Shown here piece by piece: positions 22,101 to 32,220 of a DNA stretch of 64,000 nt. The notes under the pieces were generated by a model that was not told the DNA's origin, searched no databases, and saw nothing but the letters and a program-made list of their open reading frames with translations. The translations under genes were made by a program, and so were the position numbers. Numbering within the stretch: the first letter of the stretch is position 1; each line of letters starts with the position of its first letter. The stretch comes from an uncultured Candidatus Saccharibacteria bacterium (GTDB taxonomy: Bacteria > Patescibacteriota > Saccharimonadia > Saccharimonadales > JAGQNJ01), in the NCBI GenBank assembly GCA_964583075.1, contig CAZOUW010000002.1, positions 5,915 through 69,914 of the forward strand, written 5' to 3'.

Positions 22101-22941
22101 CAAGCAATCTTAGTCGCTTCATGAGCTTCTTCTTGCGCTGACCTTTAGCGGCATCTGCTTCTTCCGTAAGCTCCTTAATAAGAGCCGGTAGATCAATCTC
22201 ATCTAATAGATCTTTAAGTGCGGTACCACCCATACCAACATCAATAATATCCACAAGTTCGTCAGGCAAATTATAGTAATCATTCTCACTAAGCAAGTTA
22301 AGTTTAACGAGTGATTCAACTTGTGCCTTGTACGTCTCAAACGCTAAAGTTACTTCTTCAAGTTCTTTGGTGCGCATTTCAGCCAAGGCCTTTACATTTG
22401 CGTCATCTTTGGAAGCTTCAGCTTCATATCGAGCCTTAATTGCCTCTTGAGCGGCCGCAAACTCAGCCTCTTTATCAGAGAGTAGCTGATCTCGTTTTGT
22501 AGCATCAACCGACTTAATAACGTAACTTGCAAAATATGCAATACGCTCTAGATTTTTGACGGTTAGGCCCAGTAACAAGCCGACAGCACTCGGTGTACCA
22601 CGAAGGAACCAAATATGTGCAACAGGGCTAGCCAGACTGATATGACCCATGCGTTCACGCCGTACAATACTCTTTGTGACAATCTCACCATTTTTATCAA
22701 CGGCAGCTTCTCGTGATCGTACGCCTTTATATTTTGCGTCATGCGGGTTGATATCTTTTACGGGACCAAAGATTCGTTCACAAAACAGACCGTCTCGTTC
22801 TGGTTTTTGTGTTCGATAGTTAATTGTCTCTGGTTTTGTTACTTCACCATATGACCAATCCATAATGTCATCTGCACTCGCAACAGCAAGACGAACAGAA
22901 TCAAAATCTGAAATTGTTGGACTATTAGAATAACGTCTCAT
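19123..22941 (-). CDS. rpoC: RNA polymerase beta' subunit
   Basis: [12 protein letters not shown] catalytic motif, [24 protein letters not shown]. Confidence 0.99.
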   Translation of the reverse strand: MRRYSNSPTISDFDSVRLAVASADDIMDWSYGEVTKPETINYRTQKPERDGLFCERIFGPVKDINPHDAKYKGVRSREAAVDKNGEIVTKSIVRRERMGHISLASPVAHIWFLRGTPSAVGLLLGLTVKNLERIAYFASYVIKSVDATKRDQLLSDKEAEFAAAQEAIKARYEAEASKDDANVKALAEMRTKELEEVTLAFETYKAQVESLVKLNLLSENDYYNLPDELVDIIDVGMGGTALKDLLDEIDLPALIKELTEEADAAKGQRKKKLMKRLRLLESMEIAGIKPSSMCLSTLPVIPPDLRPMVQLTGGRFATSDMNDLYRRVINRNNRLKKLIELNAPEVIRRNEQRMLQEAVDALIDNGNARSGRAVAATGQRRRLKSLSDMLKGKQGRFRQNLLGKRVDYSGRSVIVAGPELKINQCGLPKMMALELFKPFVIGSLIQNEHAHNIRSATRMIEAGEIAVWDALDEVIKGKYVLLNRAPSLHRLSVQAFQPVLIEGKAIQLHPLVCKGFNADFDGDQMAVHLPLSDAAQDEAREIMASNKNLLKPADGSPILHIEQDIVLGCYYLTYERKGVSEEPINFTGLAEALMSLDAGEIVLQSKVSLPFRGEVRNTTLGRILFNEIFPEDFPFQDVTMTKKKLAGVMALAYQRYGQDKTAFIADDLKDLGFQYATKSGLSLGMDDFTDIPELPTILDKGEERVAEISQQYEQGFITNDERYRLTIETWQDVDSQVQKTLSEQFANEDSAMSTAVVSGARGNIGQVKTAVGMLGPVADATGRTIELPVKSNYKSGFTPLEYFTATRGARKGMIDTALKTADSGYLTRRLVDVSQDVFTITDDDADPGFAIHRSDAEEIGVSYASRLEGRFAAVAVKGHVKKGELITADIATAIEEDKDIDGVRIMSVLSCTNVRGISRKCYGIDPATGDLVADHHPVGVIAAQSIGEPGTQLTLRTFHSGGVAGEDITTGLPRVEELFEVRTPKGQAYLAEISGTVKAWEDGDHYVVEVTAKEGEPVEYPLAGRKVHVKNGASISIGDVLASEEEGANPLVAPVAGTAKVTKKSIFISPNSQSAVRYEIPGYKQLFVKDNDEVVAGERLTNGSINLHELMRLQGVEATQRYIMNEILRIFASQGQNIADKHLEIIVRQMFSRVQIEDAGDSDFVTGDIVSKIAVQEENDRLKEAGKEQVQFNQLLLGITKASLSTESFLSAASFQDTTRVLIATATSGKVDQLYGLKENVILGRMIPVGTGYNAYEDKVEIEEDAEVAAEI

Positions 22942-25900
22942 TATTTTACCTCCTCCTCATCTGTTGCCAGATCGTCATCATCAATACTTGCGGCTGAAAC
23001 TATAGCAGGTACCTGATCATCAAGCTCAATGATGTCAAACTCATCAATTCCGTCTTCCGCCGTCATATCAACATCTGATACTTCTGGAGCAGGAACGTCG
23101 ACATCCGCCTGGTGAATTGCTTCATCCTTAATATTTTCGGCAAGTACATTCTCAGCATCAACAGCCTTGTCAGACAAGATAAGATCAACTTTTAGACCAA
23201 GACCTTGAAGCTCCTTAACAAGCACGTTAAAGCTTTCCGGAACTTTAGGGCCTACTATCGGCATACTCTTAATGATTGATTCGTATGCTTTAGAGCGACC
23301 GTAAACGTCATCCGATTTAATTGTTAGCATTTCCTGTAGGGTATTTGCTGCACCGTAAGCTTCTAGTGCCCAAACTTCCATCTCACCAAATCGTTGACCA
23401 CCATTTTGAGCCTTACCACCGAGCGGCTGTTGAGTAACCATAGTATAGGGGCCAGTTGATCGCGCATGAATCTTGTCTACAATCATGTGATTTAGCTTGA
23501 TCATATACATGCTTCCAACTGTTGTTCGCTCTGCAAAAGCTTCACCAGTTCGCCCATCATAGAGTTGCTGCTTGCCATCCTCCGGCAATCCAGCTTCTTT
23601 TAGTAAGTCCTGAATCTTTTCGATCGGCACACCATTAAACGATGGTGACGCAACATGTAAGCCCAGCGCACGTGCTGCCATGCCAAGGTGAGTTTCAAAT
23701 AGCTGGCCGATGTTCATTCGAGACGGCACACCAAGTGGGTTCAGCAAAATATCTACTGGAGTCCCGTCCTCCATAAATGGCATGTCCTCAACCGGTAGTA
23801 CTCGAGCGATGACGCCTTTGTTACCATGACGACCACCTAACTTGTCGCCAACTGCAATTTTTCGCATCTGAGCAACAAAAACTTGGATTTGCATTATTAC
23901 GCCAGCCTTAAGCTCATGACCATTTTCACGACTGAACACCTTAACACCAACAACCTTGCCATGTTTACCATTACTCATGCGCTGAGAGGTATCACGAACA
24001 TCTTTAGCCTTTTCACCAAAGATCGCGCGGAGTAGCCGCTCTTCACTTGATAACTCCTGTTCACCCTTAGGCGTAATCTTACCAACCAAGATGTCCCCAG
24101 GATGTACATCAGCACCAATTCGCACAATGCCATCTTCATCAAGGTGACGAAGCGCCTCTTCGGAAACATTAGGGATATCACGCGTCACGACTTCTGGACC
24201 AAGCTTCGTTTCACGAACCTCAGTCATGTAATCAACAATATGTATAGAAGTCAGCGTATCATCCTCAACTAGTTTTCGAGACACAATAATAGCGTCTTCA
24301 AAGTTGTAACCAGTCCATGGCATGAAAGCCGCTACAAGGTCCTTACCAAGCGCAAGCTCACCACCATCAATTGACATACCTTCAATCAATGGGTCACCAG
24401 CCTTAAGCTTATCACCACTGCTAACTACCACTTTTTGATTAATCGATGAGCCTTCATTGCTGCGCACAAAGTGTTGTGGATAGTAGGTAACTTTCCCCGC
24501 ACTCTTATACTTAACAACCACCTCACTTGCTGATGCACTCAATACTTCACCGTCTTCCTCAGCCTGAATAAGTTGCCCTGTGTTACTGGCAACAATACCT
24601 TCAAGTCCAGTACCAACAATTGGTCGTTTTGGTTGAACGAGTGGCACAGCTTGACGCTGTTGGTTACTACCCATCAGACTTCGATAGACGTAATTCTTTT
24701 CAATAAACGGAATGAGACCGGCGCTTGAGCCTATAATCTGTCGCTTTGATGCGTCTAGATGGGTCACCTCATCTGCGTCAACTTCACCTGAAACAAGTCG
24801 ATTGCGTGCAGAAACACGTTCGTTAACGAAAAATCCGTCTTCAATTTTTTCGCTAGAACCAGCAATAACTGCCTGTTCCTCTTCAGCTGCGTCAAGATAA
24901 ACGACTTTGTTTGTAACCTTCGCTTTAACTGGCCAGGTTGCTTTGCTTTTTATAGCTGCCAGCTTCTTGGCGTCATCTGCTGAAATAGCTTTACCAGCCT
25001 TAACAATTACCTTGCCTTTTTCATCTTCAAGATCAACGCTTGCGGTATGTCCAACCGCATCTTTTGCAGTCACTGCGTTGATAACTTTGATGTATGGAGT
25101 TTCAACAAAGCCATATTCGTTAATACGCGCATAAAGACCCAGGTTAAGCACCAAGCCAATGTTGGCACCTTCTGGTGTCTCAACAGCACAAATACGTCCG
25201 TAGTGAGTTGCGTGTGCATCTCGAACTTCAAACCCAGCGCGCTCACGTGATAGGCCACCAGGACCCATAGAGCTCAAACGGCGTTTGTGAGCCAATTCAC
25301 TCAGTGGGTTAATCTGGTCCATGAACTGCGAAAGCTGAGAGCTTGCAAAAAATTCGCGAACAGCAGCTACTACTGGACGTGCATTGATAAGCTGCCCGGG
25401 TGTTACTGTTTCGATTTCGCTCATGCTCATGCGATCTTTGGTGTTGCGTTCCATACGTAGCAAACCGATCCGGAACTGGCGCTGCACAAGTTCGCCCACC
25501 AATTTAACACGTCGATTAGCTAGAGAATCGATATCATCAGCAAGTTCTTGTGTGTTATTCAGACGGATGACTTCAGCAATAATCGCAGTTAAGTCCTCAA
25601 TCCTCATTACTCGGTTTTCTACGGTATTAGGGACATCCAAATTTAGACGTTTATTAATCTTATATCGACCAACACGACTAAAGTCAAAGCGCTTGAAGTT
25701 ATAGAACATGTTCTCAATGAGACCTCGAGCATTATCTACGGTGGCAAGATCCCCAGGACGCAATCGTCGGTAAACCTCAATTAGCGCATCATTTGTACCT
25801 TTAGCTGGATCTTTTTCAAGTGTTGCCTCAATGTAGCTGGTTTTACCCTGATCAACATGGGTGAACGACTCTTTTATTTTGTTCTCAGTCAAACCAAGCG

Positions 25901-26486
25901 CGCGAAGCAAAGTTGTAACTGGAATTTTTCGTTTTCGATCAATCTTTACATAGATAGAGCCGTTTGCAGCGGTTTCAAATTCAAGCCATGCACCACGACC
26001 AGGAATGACCTTAGCACCATATAACTTCCCGGAAGCATGTTGCTCAGAAGTGAAGAATACACCTGCCGAACGAATCAACTGACTCACAACAACGCGTTCC
26101 GCGCCATTGATTACAAAGGTTCCACGGCTTGTCATCCAGGGATAATCACCAAGGTAGATCTCTTGCTCTTTGACTTCACCAGTTACCTTGTTAGTCAGAA
26201 CAACAGTTGCCTTCAGAGGTGCTTCGTAAGAAATATTATTCTCACGAGCTACGGCTTCGGTTGTCTTTGGATCTTCAAATCTGTAGTCTTTAAAACTTAG
26301 TGATAATTTTGTGCCTGTATAGTCATCAATCGGGCTAATCTCGGCTAAGAGCTCTCCAAGCCCTTCTTCTACAAACCATTGAAATGATTTGTTTTGGTGA
26401 TCTACTAGGTTTGGTAGATCAAGGATGTCATCTTTTTGTGTAAAGTACGTGCGTTTTTGAGGCGCAGTTGCAGACGTTTTTGCCAT
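22941..26486 (-). CDS. rpoB: RNA polymerase beta subunit
   Basis: SQLSQFMDQ, GDKLGGRHGNKG, GGQRFGEME; long acidic C-terminal tail. Confidence 0.99.
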   Translation of the reverse strand: MAKTSATAPQKRTYFTQKDDILDLPNLVDHQNKSFQWFVEEGLGELLAEISPIDDYTGTKLSLSFKDYRFEDPKTTEAVARENNISYEAPLKATVVLTNKVTGEVKEQEIYLGDYPWMTSRGTFVINGAERVVVSQLIRSAGVFFTSEQHASGKLYGAKVIPGRGAWLEFETAANGSIYVKIDRKRKIPVTTLLRALGLTENKIKESFTHVDQGKTSYIEATLEKDPAKGTNDALIEVYRRLRPGDLATVDNARGLIENMFYNFKRFDFSRVGRYKINKRLNLDVPNTVENRVMRIEDLTAIIAEVIRLNNTQELADDIDSLANRRVKLVGELVQRQFRIGLLRMERNTKDRMSMSEIETVTPGQLINARPVVAAVREFFASSQLSQFMDQINPLSELAHKRRLSSMGPGGLSRERAGFEVRDAHATHYGRICAVETPEGANIGLVLNLGLYARINEYGFVETPYIKVINAVTAKDAVGHTASVDLEDEKGKVIVKAGKAISADDAKKLAAIKSKATWPVKAKVTNKVVYLDAAEEEQAVIAGSSEKIEDGFFVNERVSARNRLVSGEVDADEVTHLDASKRQIIGSSAGLIPFIEKNYVYRSLMGSNQQRQAVPLVQPKRPIVGTGLEGIVASNTGQLIQAEEDGEVLSASASEVVVKYKSAGKVTYYPQHFVRSNEGSSINQKVVVSSGDKLKAGDPLIEGMSIDGGELALGKDLVAAFMPWTGYNFEDAIIVSRKLVEDDTLTSIHIVDYMTEVRETKLGPEVVTRDIPNVSEEALRHLDEDGIVRIGADVHPGDILVGKITPKGEQELSSEERLLRAIFGEKAKDVRDTSQRMSNGKHGKVVGVKVFSRENGHELKAGVIMQIQVFVAQMRKIAVGDKLGGRHGNKGVIARVLPVEDMPFMEDGTPVDILLNPLGVPSRMNIGQLFETHLGMAARALGLHVASPSFNGVPIEKIQDLLKEAGLPEDGKQQLYDGRTGEAFAERTTVGSMYMIKLNHMIVDKIHARSTGPYTMVTQQPLGGKAQNGGQRFGEMEVWALEAYGAANTLQEMLTIKSDDVYGRSKAYESIIKSMPIVGPKVPESFNVLVKELQGLGLKVDLILSDKAVDAENVLAENIKDEAIHQADVDVPAPEVSDVDMTAEDGIDEFDIIELDDQVPAIVSAASIDDDDLATDEEEVK

Positions 26487-26709
26487 AACGTGTTTGCATT
26501 CTCCTTTGATACGTGCCCTAAAACAGCTCTGGCCACACCATCAAGTCTCCCAAAAACCTGATGCGCAAACAGAGGTATAAAGCCTTAGATTGTTGATACT
26601 CGCGCGAAGATCCTAAGCTAGTTTGGACTGCTATCTAGGGTACCAATAGCAAGCCCGCTTACCCTACTTCTTAAAGGTATTCTAGCACGCATCATAAGTA
26701 AATATCAAG

Positions 26710-27306
26710 CTATTTTGCTAGAACTTTATCTACAATGCCGTAATTTTTTGCTTCGGTGGCTGATAGCCACTTGTCACGCTCCATATCTTCCTGGATTTTA
26801 CTAACTTTCTGACCAGTATTCTTTGCCATAATTTCATTTAAAAGTTGCTTGAGGCGTAACCCCTCTTTGAGATCAATCTCCATATCAGTAACCTTGCCGC
26901 GAGTACCAGCAGATGGCTGATGGATCATTACGGTTGCGTGTGGCAAAAGGAAACGTTTGCCCTTTGCACCAGAACTCAGCAAAAAGGCTGCTGCGCTGGC
27001 TTGGACACCAATACCAACGGTTTGGATATCGCATTTCACATACTGCATCGTGTCATAGATTGCAAAAGCATCGTAGACGCTACCACCTGGACTGTTAATG
27101 TAAAACTTAATATCTTTCTTTGGGTCTTCGTTTTCTAAAAATAACATCTGGGCAACAACCAGGTTTGCGGTGTGTTCGTTAACGTCTGTCCCTAAAAAGA
27201 TGATTCGGTCTTTCAAAAGACGAGAGTAAATATCAAAGGCGCGTTCCATGCGACCTTCTGATTCAATAACGGTTGGTACGAGTACTGAGTTTTGTGGAGT
27301 TATCAT
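26710..27306 (-). CDS. clpP: ATP-dependent Clp protease proteolytic subunit
   Basis: [20 protein letters not shown], catalytic S (QASAAA), H (MIHQP), D (ERD). Confidence 0.98.
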   Translation of the reverse strand: MITPQNSVLVPTVIESEGRMERAFDIYSRLLKDRIIFLGTDVNEHTANLVVAQMLFLENEDPKKDIKFYINSPGGSVYDAFAIYDTMQYVKCDIQTVGIGVQASAAAFLLSSGAKGKRFLLPHATVMIHQPSAGTRGKVTDMEIDLKEGLRLKQLLNEIMAKNTGQKVSKIQEDMERDKWLSATEAKNYGIVDKVLAK

Positions 27307-27327
27307 ACCACCAGTGTAGACAATAAA

Positions 27328-27354
27328 TTAGCACTCGTCAAGTGAGAGTGCCAA
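27328..27354. promoter_or_regulatory. CIRCE (HrcA operator) upstream of clpP
   Basis: TTAGCACTC-N9-GAGTGCCAA, one mismatch to consensus. Confidence 0.9.
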
Positions 27355-28641
27355 TTACTTACTTGTTGCTATATCCATAAGTCTTTCGACAGTTTTTTCA
27401 GTAAGTAAACGTGAGGCAATCTCTTGACGTGCTTCAGGCTTGGCAAGCTCTGTTTGCATTTCAGCGTCAGTGTATTGCCCCTTTAAAATTTGCATGCGAA
27501 CTTCAAGTTCTTCAGGAGTCACTTTAAGTTTTTCTGCGACGGAAATCTCAGCAAGTACAAGACCAGTCTTAACACGACGCTCAGCCTCTGGACGGAGTTC
27601 TTTCTTTGTGTATTGTTCTTCGGTTACGCCTTCTGCGTCCAGCATTTCTTGCCAGGTTTGACCACGATATGCCAAGTTCTGACGCACTTCGGCCCTCAGT
27701 CGTTCAAGCTGCTCATCAACCAGTGTTTCGGGCAAATAGAGGGAGCTATTATCAACAACCTCCAGGATAATCTCATTCTCAAGTTGACGATCAGCCTGAT
27801 TCTGCTTTTCAACTCCAAGTTGCTTCTTAATATCAGCCTTAAGCTCAGCAACCGTTTTAAATGGCCCAACTTTGGCCGCGAACTCATCGTCCACTTTTGG
27901 TTCTGTTAATTCATTAATAGTCTTTACGGTGACGGTAAACGCCACTTTCTTATTAGCCAGCGTTTTTACACCGTAGTCTTTGGGGAAGGTTAGCGTAAAT
28001 GTCTTTTCTTCACCCGCCTTCATGCCGATCACGTTGTCCTCAAAACCTGGGATAAAAGTATTACTGCCAAGCGTGAGTGGGTAATCTTCACCGTCAGCAC
28101 CCTTAATCGGCTTCTTTGCGGCATCAACACCTTTAAAGTCAATGATTGCTTCATCTTCTGCTTTGGCTGCGCGTGTAACTGCCGTCTTGGTTGCAGAACG
28201 TTGTTTTAGACTATCAATCACCTCCGATACGTCTTTAGCCGTAACTTCAGCTTTAGTCTTTGTCTTCTTGATTTTTTTATAGTCTGCCAGCTTTACATCA
28301 CCAAGTATTTCGACTTCTGCGTCAAATTCTAAGTTTGTAAAGGGCACAAACTTCTTAAGCGATATGCTTGGGCGCCCAAAGGCCTTTACCTTTTCATTAG
28401 TTACGGCAGATTGATATAAATGATTGACTGCTTCATCAAGAAATTCAGACTGTAGCGCTGTCTGGTCGACATTTTTTTCAACCACGTTCAGCGGTGCCTT
28501 ACCAGTGCGGAAACCGGCAACTTTAGTTTTTGCCTGAAAATGTGAGAGCGTATGTTGTTTTAGCTTTGTAAGCTCTGGCTCATCAGCAGTAATGCTCAAT
28601 TGAACTTTTGTTGGAGAAATGTCTGTACGTGTAACTTGCAT
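27355..28641 (-). CDS. tig: Trigger factor
   Basis: GFRTGKAP ribosome-binding motif, FIPGFED FKBP domain; start moved to MQVTR. Confidence 0.97.
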   Translation of the reverse strand: MQVTRTDISPTKVQLSITADEPELTKLKQHTLSHFQAKTKVAGFRTGKAPLNVVEKNVDQTALQSEFLDEAVNHLYQSAVTNEKVKAFGRPSISLKKFVPFTNLEFDAEVEILGDVKLADYKKIKKTKTKAEVTAKDVSEVIDSLKQRSATKTAVTRAAKAEDEAIIDFKGVDAAKKPIKGADGEDYPLTLGSNTFIPGFEDNVIGMKAGEEKTFTLTFPKDYGVKTLANKKVAFTVTVKTINELTEPKVDDEFAAKVGPFKTVAELKADIKKQLGVEKQNQADRQLENEIILEVVDNSSLYLPETLVDEQLERLRAEVRQNLAYRGQTWQEMLDAEGVTEEQYTKKELRPEAERRVKTGLVLAEISVAEKLKVTPEELEVRMQILKGQYTDAEMQTELAKPEARQEIASRLLTEKTVERLMDIATSK

Positions 28642-28679
28642 AGAGCTTAACTCTACCACCTTTTACTCTGTTAGTCCAG

Positions 28680-29141
28680 TTACGAGAAAATGAGCCAGCT
28701 CAGTAGTGCAACAGTTATAGCAAACCAAATAGATTCTACAATCCAGCCCCATGAAACTTCAAAGCGCTGAATTTTTTTATGCACTTTGCGCACAATATCC
28801 CAATGTTTATCTTCACCGTGAATATCATTCTGATAATGTTTGTACCACATAACATCTGGGATCCAACCAAGCATCGCACCAGCTGGTACAAGCCAAACTG
28901 GCAAGCCTGCCCGATAGCCCGCAAATGTCGATATTAGTACAAACGAGGTCGTCAAAAAAGTATCAAATTTCAGGATTGCACTAAACTCTTTACTGCCTGG
29001 TTGAGCAACTGTGTGCGCACCAAAGTGCGGTAGTGAGTCAAGCAAGAAATGCGAGGCAAAGGCAAGCGGAAGGCCAATAACTGGGTTGGCTACTCCAACT
29101 GCTACAATCGAGCCCATCACCGCATGATTAGTAGCCGTCAT
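28680..29141 (-). CDS. Membrane protein, YdjM-like metal-dependent hydrolase motifs
   Basis: N-terminal H, SHFLLDSLPH, PD motif, hydrophobic helices. Confidence 0.6.
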   Translation of the reverse strand: MTATNHAVMGSIVAVGVANPVIGLPLAFASHFLLDSLPHFGAHTVAQPGSKEFSAILKFDTFLTTSFVLISTFAGYRAGLPVWLVPAGAMLGWIPDVMWYKHYQNDIHGEDKHWDIVRKVHKKIQRFEVSWGWIVESIWFAITVALLSWLIFS

Positions 29142-30448
29142 TACTTCTTACGATAATCCTTTACTATACTGGCTAAGCGTTCGAGGCTATGTGCTTCTTC
29201 TCTGCCAGTTTGTAAATCCTTTAGTTTATATTGGCCGGTTGTAAGTTCTTGGTCGCCAATGAAAATAATGTAGCGAATGCCTTTTTTATCTGCCGTTTTT
29301 ATTTGCTTATCTAGTTTTCTGCCAGTGGTATCGATAGCGACATTAAGCTCCATCTCTCGCAAAAGCTCAATTGGCTTTAATGCCTGTTCGTACACGTTAC
29401 CAAGTAGTGCAACATAAACATCGGTGTGGCTTTCTAATTTTGGCATTAGTTCATGCAGCACAAGAAAGTTATGGAGAGTCGCGTCACCCATACCAAATCC
29501 AACCGTAGGAACGGGCTCAACACCAAATTGCGCCACCAAGCCATCGTAACGACCGCCACCAAACATTGAGCGATTGTTGTCGGGATGAGTGTCAAAAACT
29601 TCAAACACTATATCGGTATAGTAATCAAAACCTCTCATTAGCGTTATGTCATACGAAATATTTGTAATACCGTCTTGGCCCGCAAGTTCAAGTAAGTTAG
29701 ACAGCTCTTGTACAGAAGTATGTTTTTGCACGTCAGTTGGCAAATCACTAAGTTTCTTGGCCTTTAGAAGCTCCCATATCTTTTCCTCTGTTCCATCTTC
29801 GCGCTGATCGGGCGATAATACCGCATCTAACTTAGCAGCAAACTCACTCTCAGGAATCTTGTGCATTTTATCTATCAGGTGAATCAGCGTTTCTGATTCT
29901 ACGTCATCGAGTTTTAGATAATCTTCCAGTATGTGATTTATAAGTTTCCGACTATTTACTTTTATTGTATACATACTGGCTTTGGCACCAAACGCTTTCA
30001 TGATGGCATGGCTAACTTGAATCATCTCAAAATCCGCCGATAAATTACTCACACCAAATAAGTCAACGTTTAGCTGCCAAAACTCCCGCAAACGACCACG
30101 CTGTGGACGCTCATAGCGCCACAAATTAGGAATAGAGTACCACCTCAACGGATAAGCAAGCTCTTGACGCCTCCCGGCTACCATCCTGCTAACAGATGGT
30201 GTCATTTCTGTTCTGATAGTCACTTGACGATTGCCGCGGTCAGTGAAATTATATGTTTGCTCGTTGACAATCTCGTCACTCGTTTTGGTCGCATACAGTT
30301 CTGTTGGCTCTAAAAGTGGCGCGTCGTATTCTTCATAGCCAAACGATTCAACGGTTTTGCGCCACACACCAAACATCCACTTTTGTAAGCGTTTATCTTC
30401 TGGGTAAAAATCCCGTGCACCCTTATATGGTTGTGTCGACAGACTCAT
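29141..30448 (-). CDS. hisS: Histidyl-tRNA synthetase
   Basis: RYERPQRGRLREFWQ, RGFDYYT, GGGRYDGL. Confidence 0.98.
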   Translation of the reverse strand: MSLSTQPYKGARDFYPEDKRLQKWMFGVWRKTVESFGYEEYDAPLLEPTELYATKTSDEIVNEQTYNFTDRGNRQVTIRTEMTPSVSRMVAGRRQELAYPLRWYSIPNLWRYERPQRGRLREFWQLNVDLFGVSNLSADFEMIQVSHAIMKAFGAKASMYTIKVNSRKLINHILEDYLKLDDVESETLIHLIDKMHKIPESEFAAKLDAVLSPDQREDGTEEKIWELLKAKKLSDLPTDVQKHTSVQELSNLLELAGQDGITNISYDITLMRGFDYYTDIVFEVFDTHPDNNRSMFGGGRYDGLVAQFGVEPVPTVGFGMGDATLHNFLVLHELMPKLESHTDVYVALLGNVYEQALKPIELLREMELNVAIDTTGRKLDKQIKTADKKGIRYIIFIGDQELTTGQYKLKDLQTGREEAHSLERLASIVKDYRKK

Positions 30449-30803
30449 AACAATTTACACTCAGTTTAGCATTATCTTTACGAAAATTAAATGTTAGCGA
30501 CATGAACTATGTTGGGTCAAAACTACAAAATACACTTTTACTTTTTTACACAGCTTATTGTAATGGTCTTGTGGAATAGCTAAATAATATGCACGAAAGA
30601 GCCCGTATCAAAACCCTGAATGATGGCGATGAACACCTAGAGGTAGCGTTGTTTAAGTCAGTGACTCAACGTTTGGCGTTAATTACACTTGTGGGATCGG
30701 ATGAATCAGAAAAAATAGTCGCGAAACGCAATAGGTATTCATCAGATTCAAGAGATAAAAGCCTTAACCAATTTGTAATTCATTATTTAAAATGGAGCAA
30801 AAG

Positions 30804-31754
30804 TTAACACGGACCGTAACTTCCGCTATATTCTTTCCCTAAATCAAGTGTCTTATAAATAGAGCTAAAACCCTGTGGCTTACTATTGCACATTTTAGTC
30901 TTGCCACCCGTATATTCAACATGAAATACTGGCTTTCCTTGACTAATGAAACCACTAACCAGAACATCGCATTCGTCGTACTGCAGACACTCCTCATTTA
31001 CAGCGTATTCCACATAGGGTGAAAGTTTGTTGACCGAACCAGAATCCAACATATTTTTAAGCCCAGCAGCCATCCCTCGCTCGTGAGCCGCAGATGCTAG
31101 ATTAATAACTAACTGTTCAGCCTTGGCTTTGGTAAGCGAAAAACCCGTACCAGAGTATTGATCTACATTGTCAGGTTCAACCCCATCACAGCCTCGTGAT
31201 TTTGCTAAATCAAGCCGTTTTATTATCACTGGCCAATATTCTGGAGCATCCCAGTTTACATACCATTCTCCGTCCCAGTCGGGATACTTATTTCCCCTTA
31301 TACTCAAAGGAAAATTATATTCTCCACTTCGCCAATCTTCGTAGTGAACAGAAAAATAACAAATTATTTTCTTGTTTTTAGACTTCAACGCACTGATATC
31401 ACTATCTTTAGCATCAAATAAATCAATATCAAAAACTTCAGCGTTAACGTTCGTATCTACCGTACCTGTGATTTGCCACTGCCAAGAGATACCAGCAGAC
31501 GGCTTCCAATACGTATCTACAGGCGGTTGAGTGACAGTCCCGAATTGAACATAAGAACCACCAGATGCGCCTGAATCACCACCTTTACGCAAACTTTGCT
31601 GACTAAAAGTTCCTTGTTGTGATTCTGGTTCAATAGAAATGGAGTTTACAGCAGCGCTAGCCAGCAAAGTTGCCCACAAACCGACAAAAGCAATAATAAT
31701 AAGCACTAGACGATATTTCTTAGCCGCCACCATTACTGCTTGAAGTTTAATCAT
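30804..31754 (-). CDS. Secreted or anchored GH114-type endo-alpha-1,4-polygalactosaminidase-like protein
   Basis: WQWQ, DIDLFD, ICYFS, GCDGVEPDNVD, LKN, NEEC, KPVFHVEY motifs; N-terminal hydrophobic segment; start uncertain (31754 or 31733). Confidence 0.85.
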   Translation of the reverse strand: MIKLQAVMVAAKKYRLVLIIIAFVGLWATLLASAAVNSISIEPESQQGTFSQQSLRKGGDSGASGGSYVQFGTVTQPPVDTYWKPSAGISWQWQITGTVDTNVNAEVFDIDLFDAKDSDISALKSKNKKIICYFSVHYEDWRSGEYNFPLSIRGNKYPDWDGEWYVNWDAPEYWPVIIKRLDLAKSRGCDGVEPDNVDQYSGTGFSLTKAKAEQLVINLASAAHERGMAAGLKNMLDSGSVNKLSPYVEYAVNEECLQYDECDVLVSGFISQGKPVFHVEYTGGKTKMCNSKPQGFSSIYKTLDLGKEYSGSYGPC

Positions 31755-31887
31755 ATCAACCGTGATTATGCTTTTATAACAAGCATTGTAACGTAAACCA
31801 TAAAATAATAATACACAGTGAAAACTTAACAATAAAACCCCCTGAAAAGGAGGCCTGTTGTGTTGGTGGACCTAACCGCGCAGCAAC

Positions 31888-31922
31888 TGAAACAGGGACC
31901 CCTAAGGACCCCTGCTGTTTCA
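31888..31922 (-). terminator. Hairpin, probably the original terminator downstream of tRNA-Leu before island integration
   Basis: Minus strand CAGGGGTCC-TTAG-GGGTCCCTG then TTTCAG, 13 nt beyond the left TTGGTG core. Confidence 0.55.
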
Positions 31923-31934
31923 AGTAACAACTAT

Positions 31935-32220
31935 TTGGTGCCTCTATACGATGAGGTTAGAACCTATTTTATCTCAAAAAGCTGAAAAGCGAGAACCTAA
32001 GCTCAGCCCTGCTGCCTTGCGGGCAAGTCTGCCCGTTGCGCCCCGCCAGAAAACCGCCTTTGAATTTTTAGATTTTCCCGCCGTTCCTTATTTTTCTAAA
32101 TGAAAAGTCGGTATTTTTGTCGGTTCGCCTGCGCATAGCGCAGAAGTGGCTGGGGCTTGGCTGGTTAATATTACAAGTATGTGCGTTAGATCACTCACAG
32201 TGTTTTTAAGTATTTTTGTT
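31935..32220 (+). repeat. IR1 left copy (286 bp, P' arm)
   Basis: Reverse complement of 36194-36479; no mismatch found by eye. Confidence 0.95.

Noticed and set aside
240-26300. Many + strand ORFs over ribosomal, tuf, fusA and rpo genes (e.g. 14065-14604, 16112-16837, 17414-17899)
   Set aside because: Antisense shadows of conserved genes with no recognisable motifs.
30589-30807. 72-aa + strand ORF between hisS and the GH114 gene
   Set aside because: No motif or other support visible; it may be real but cannot be called.
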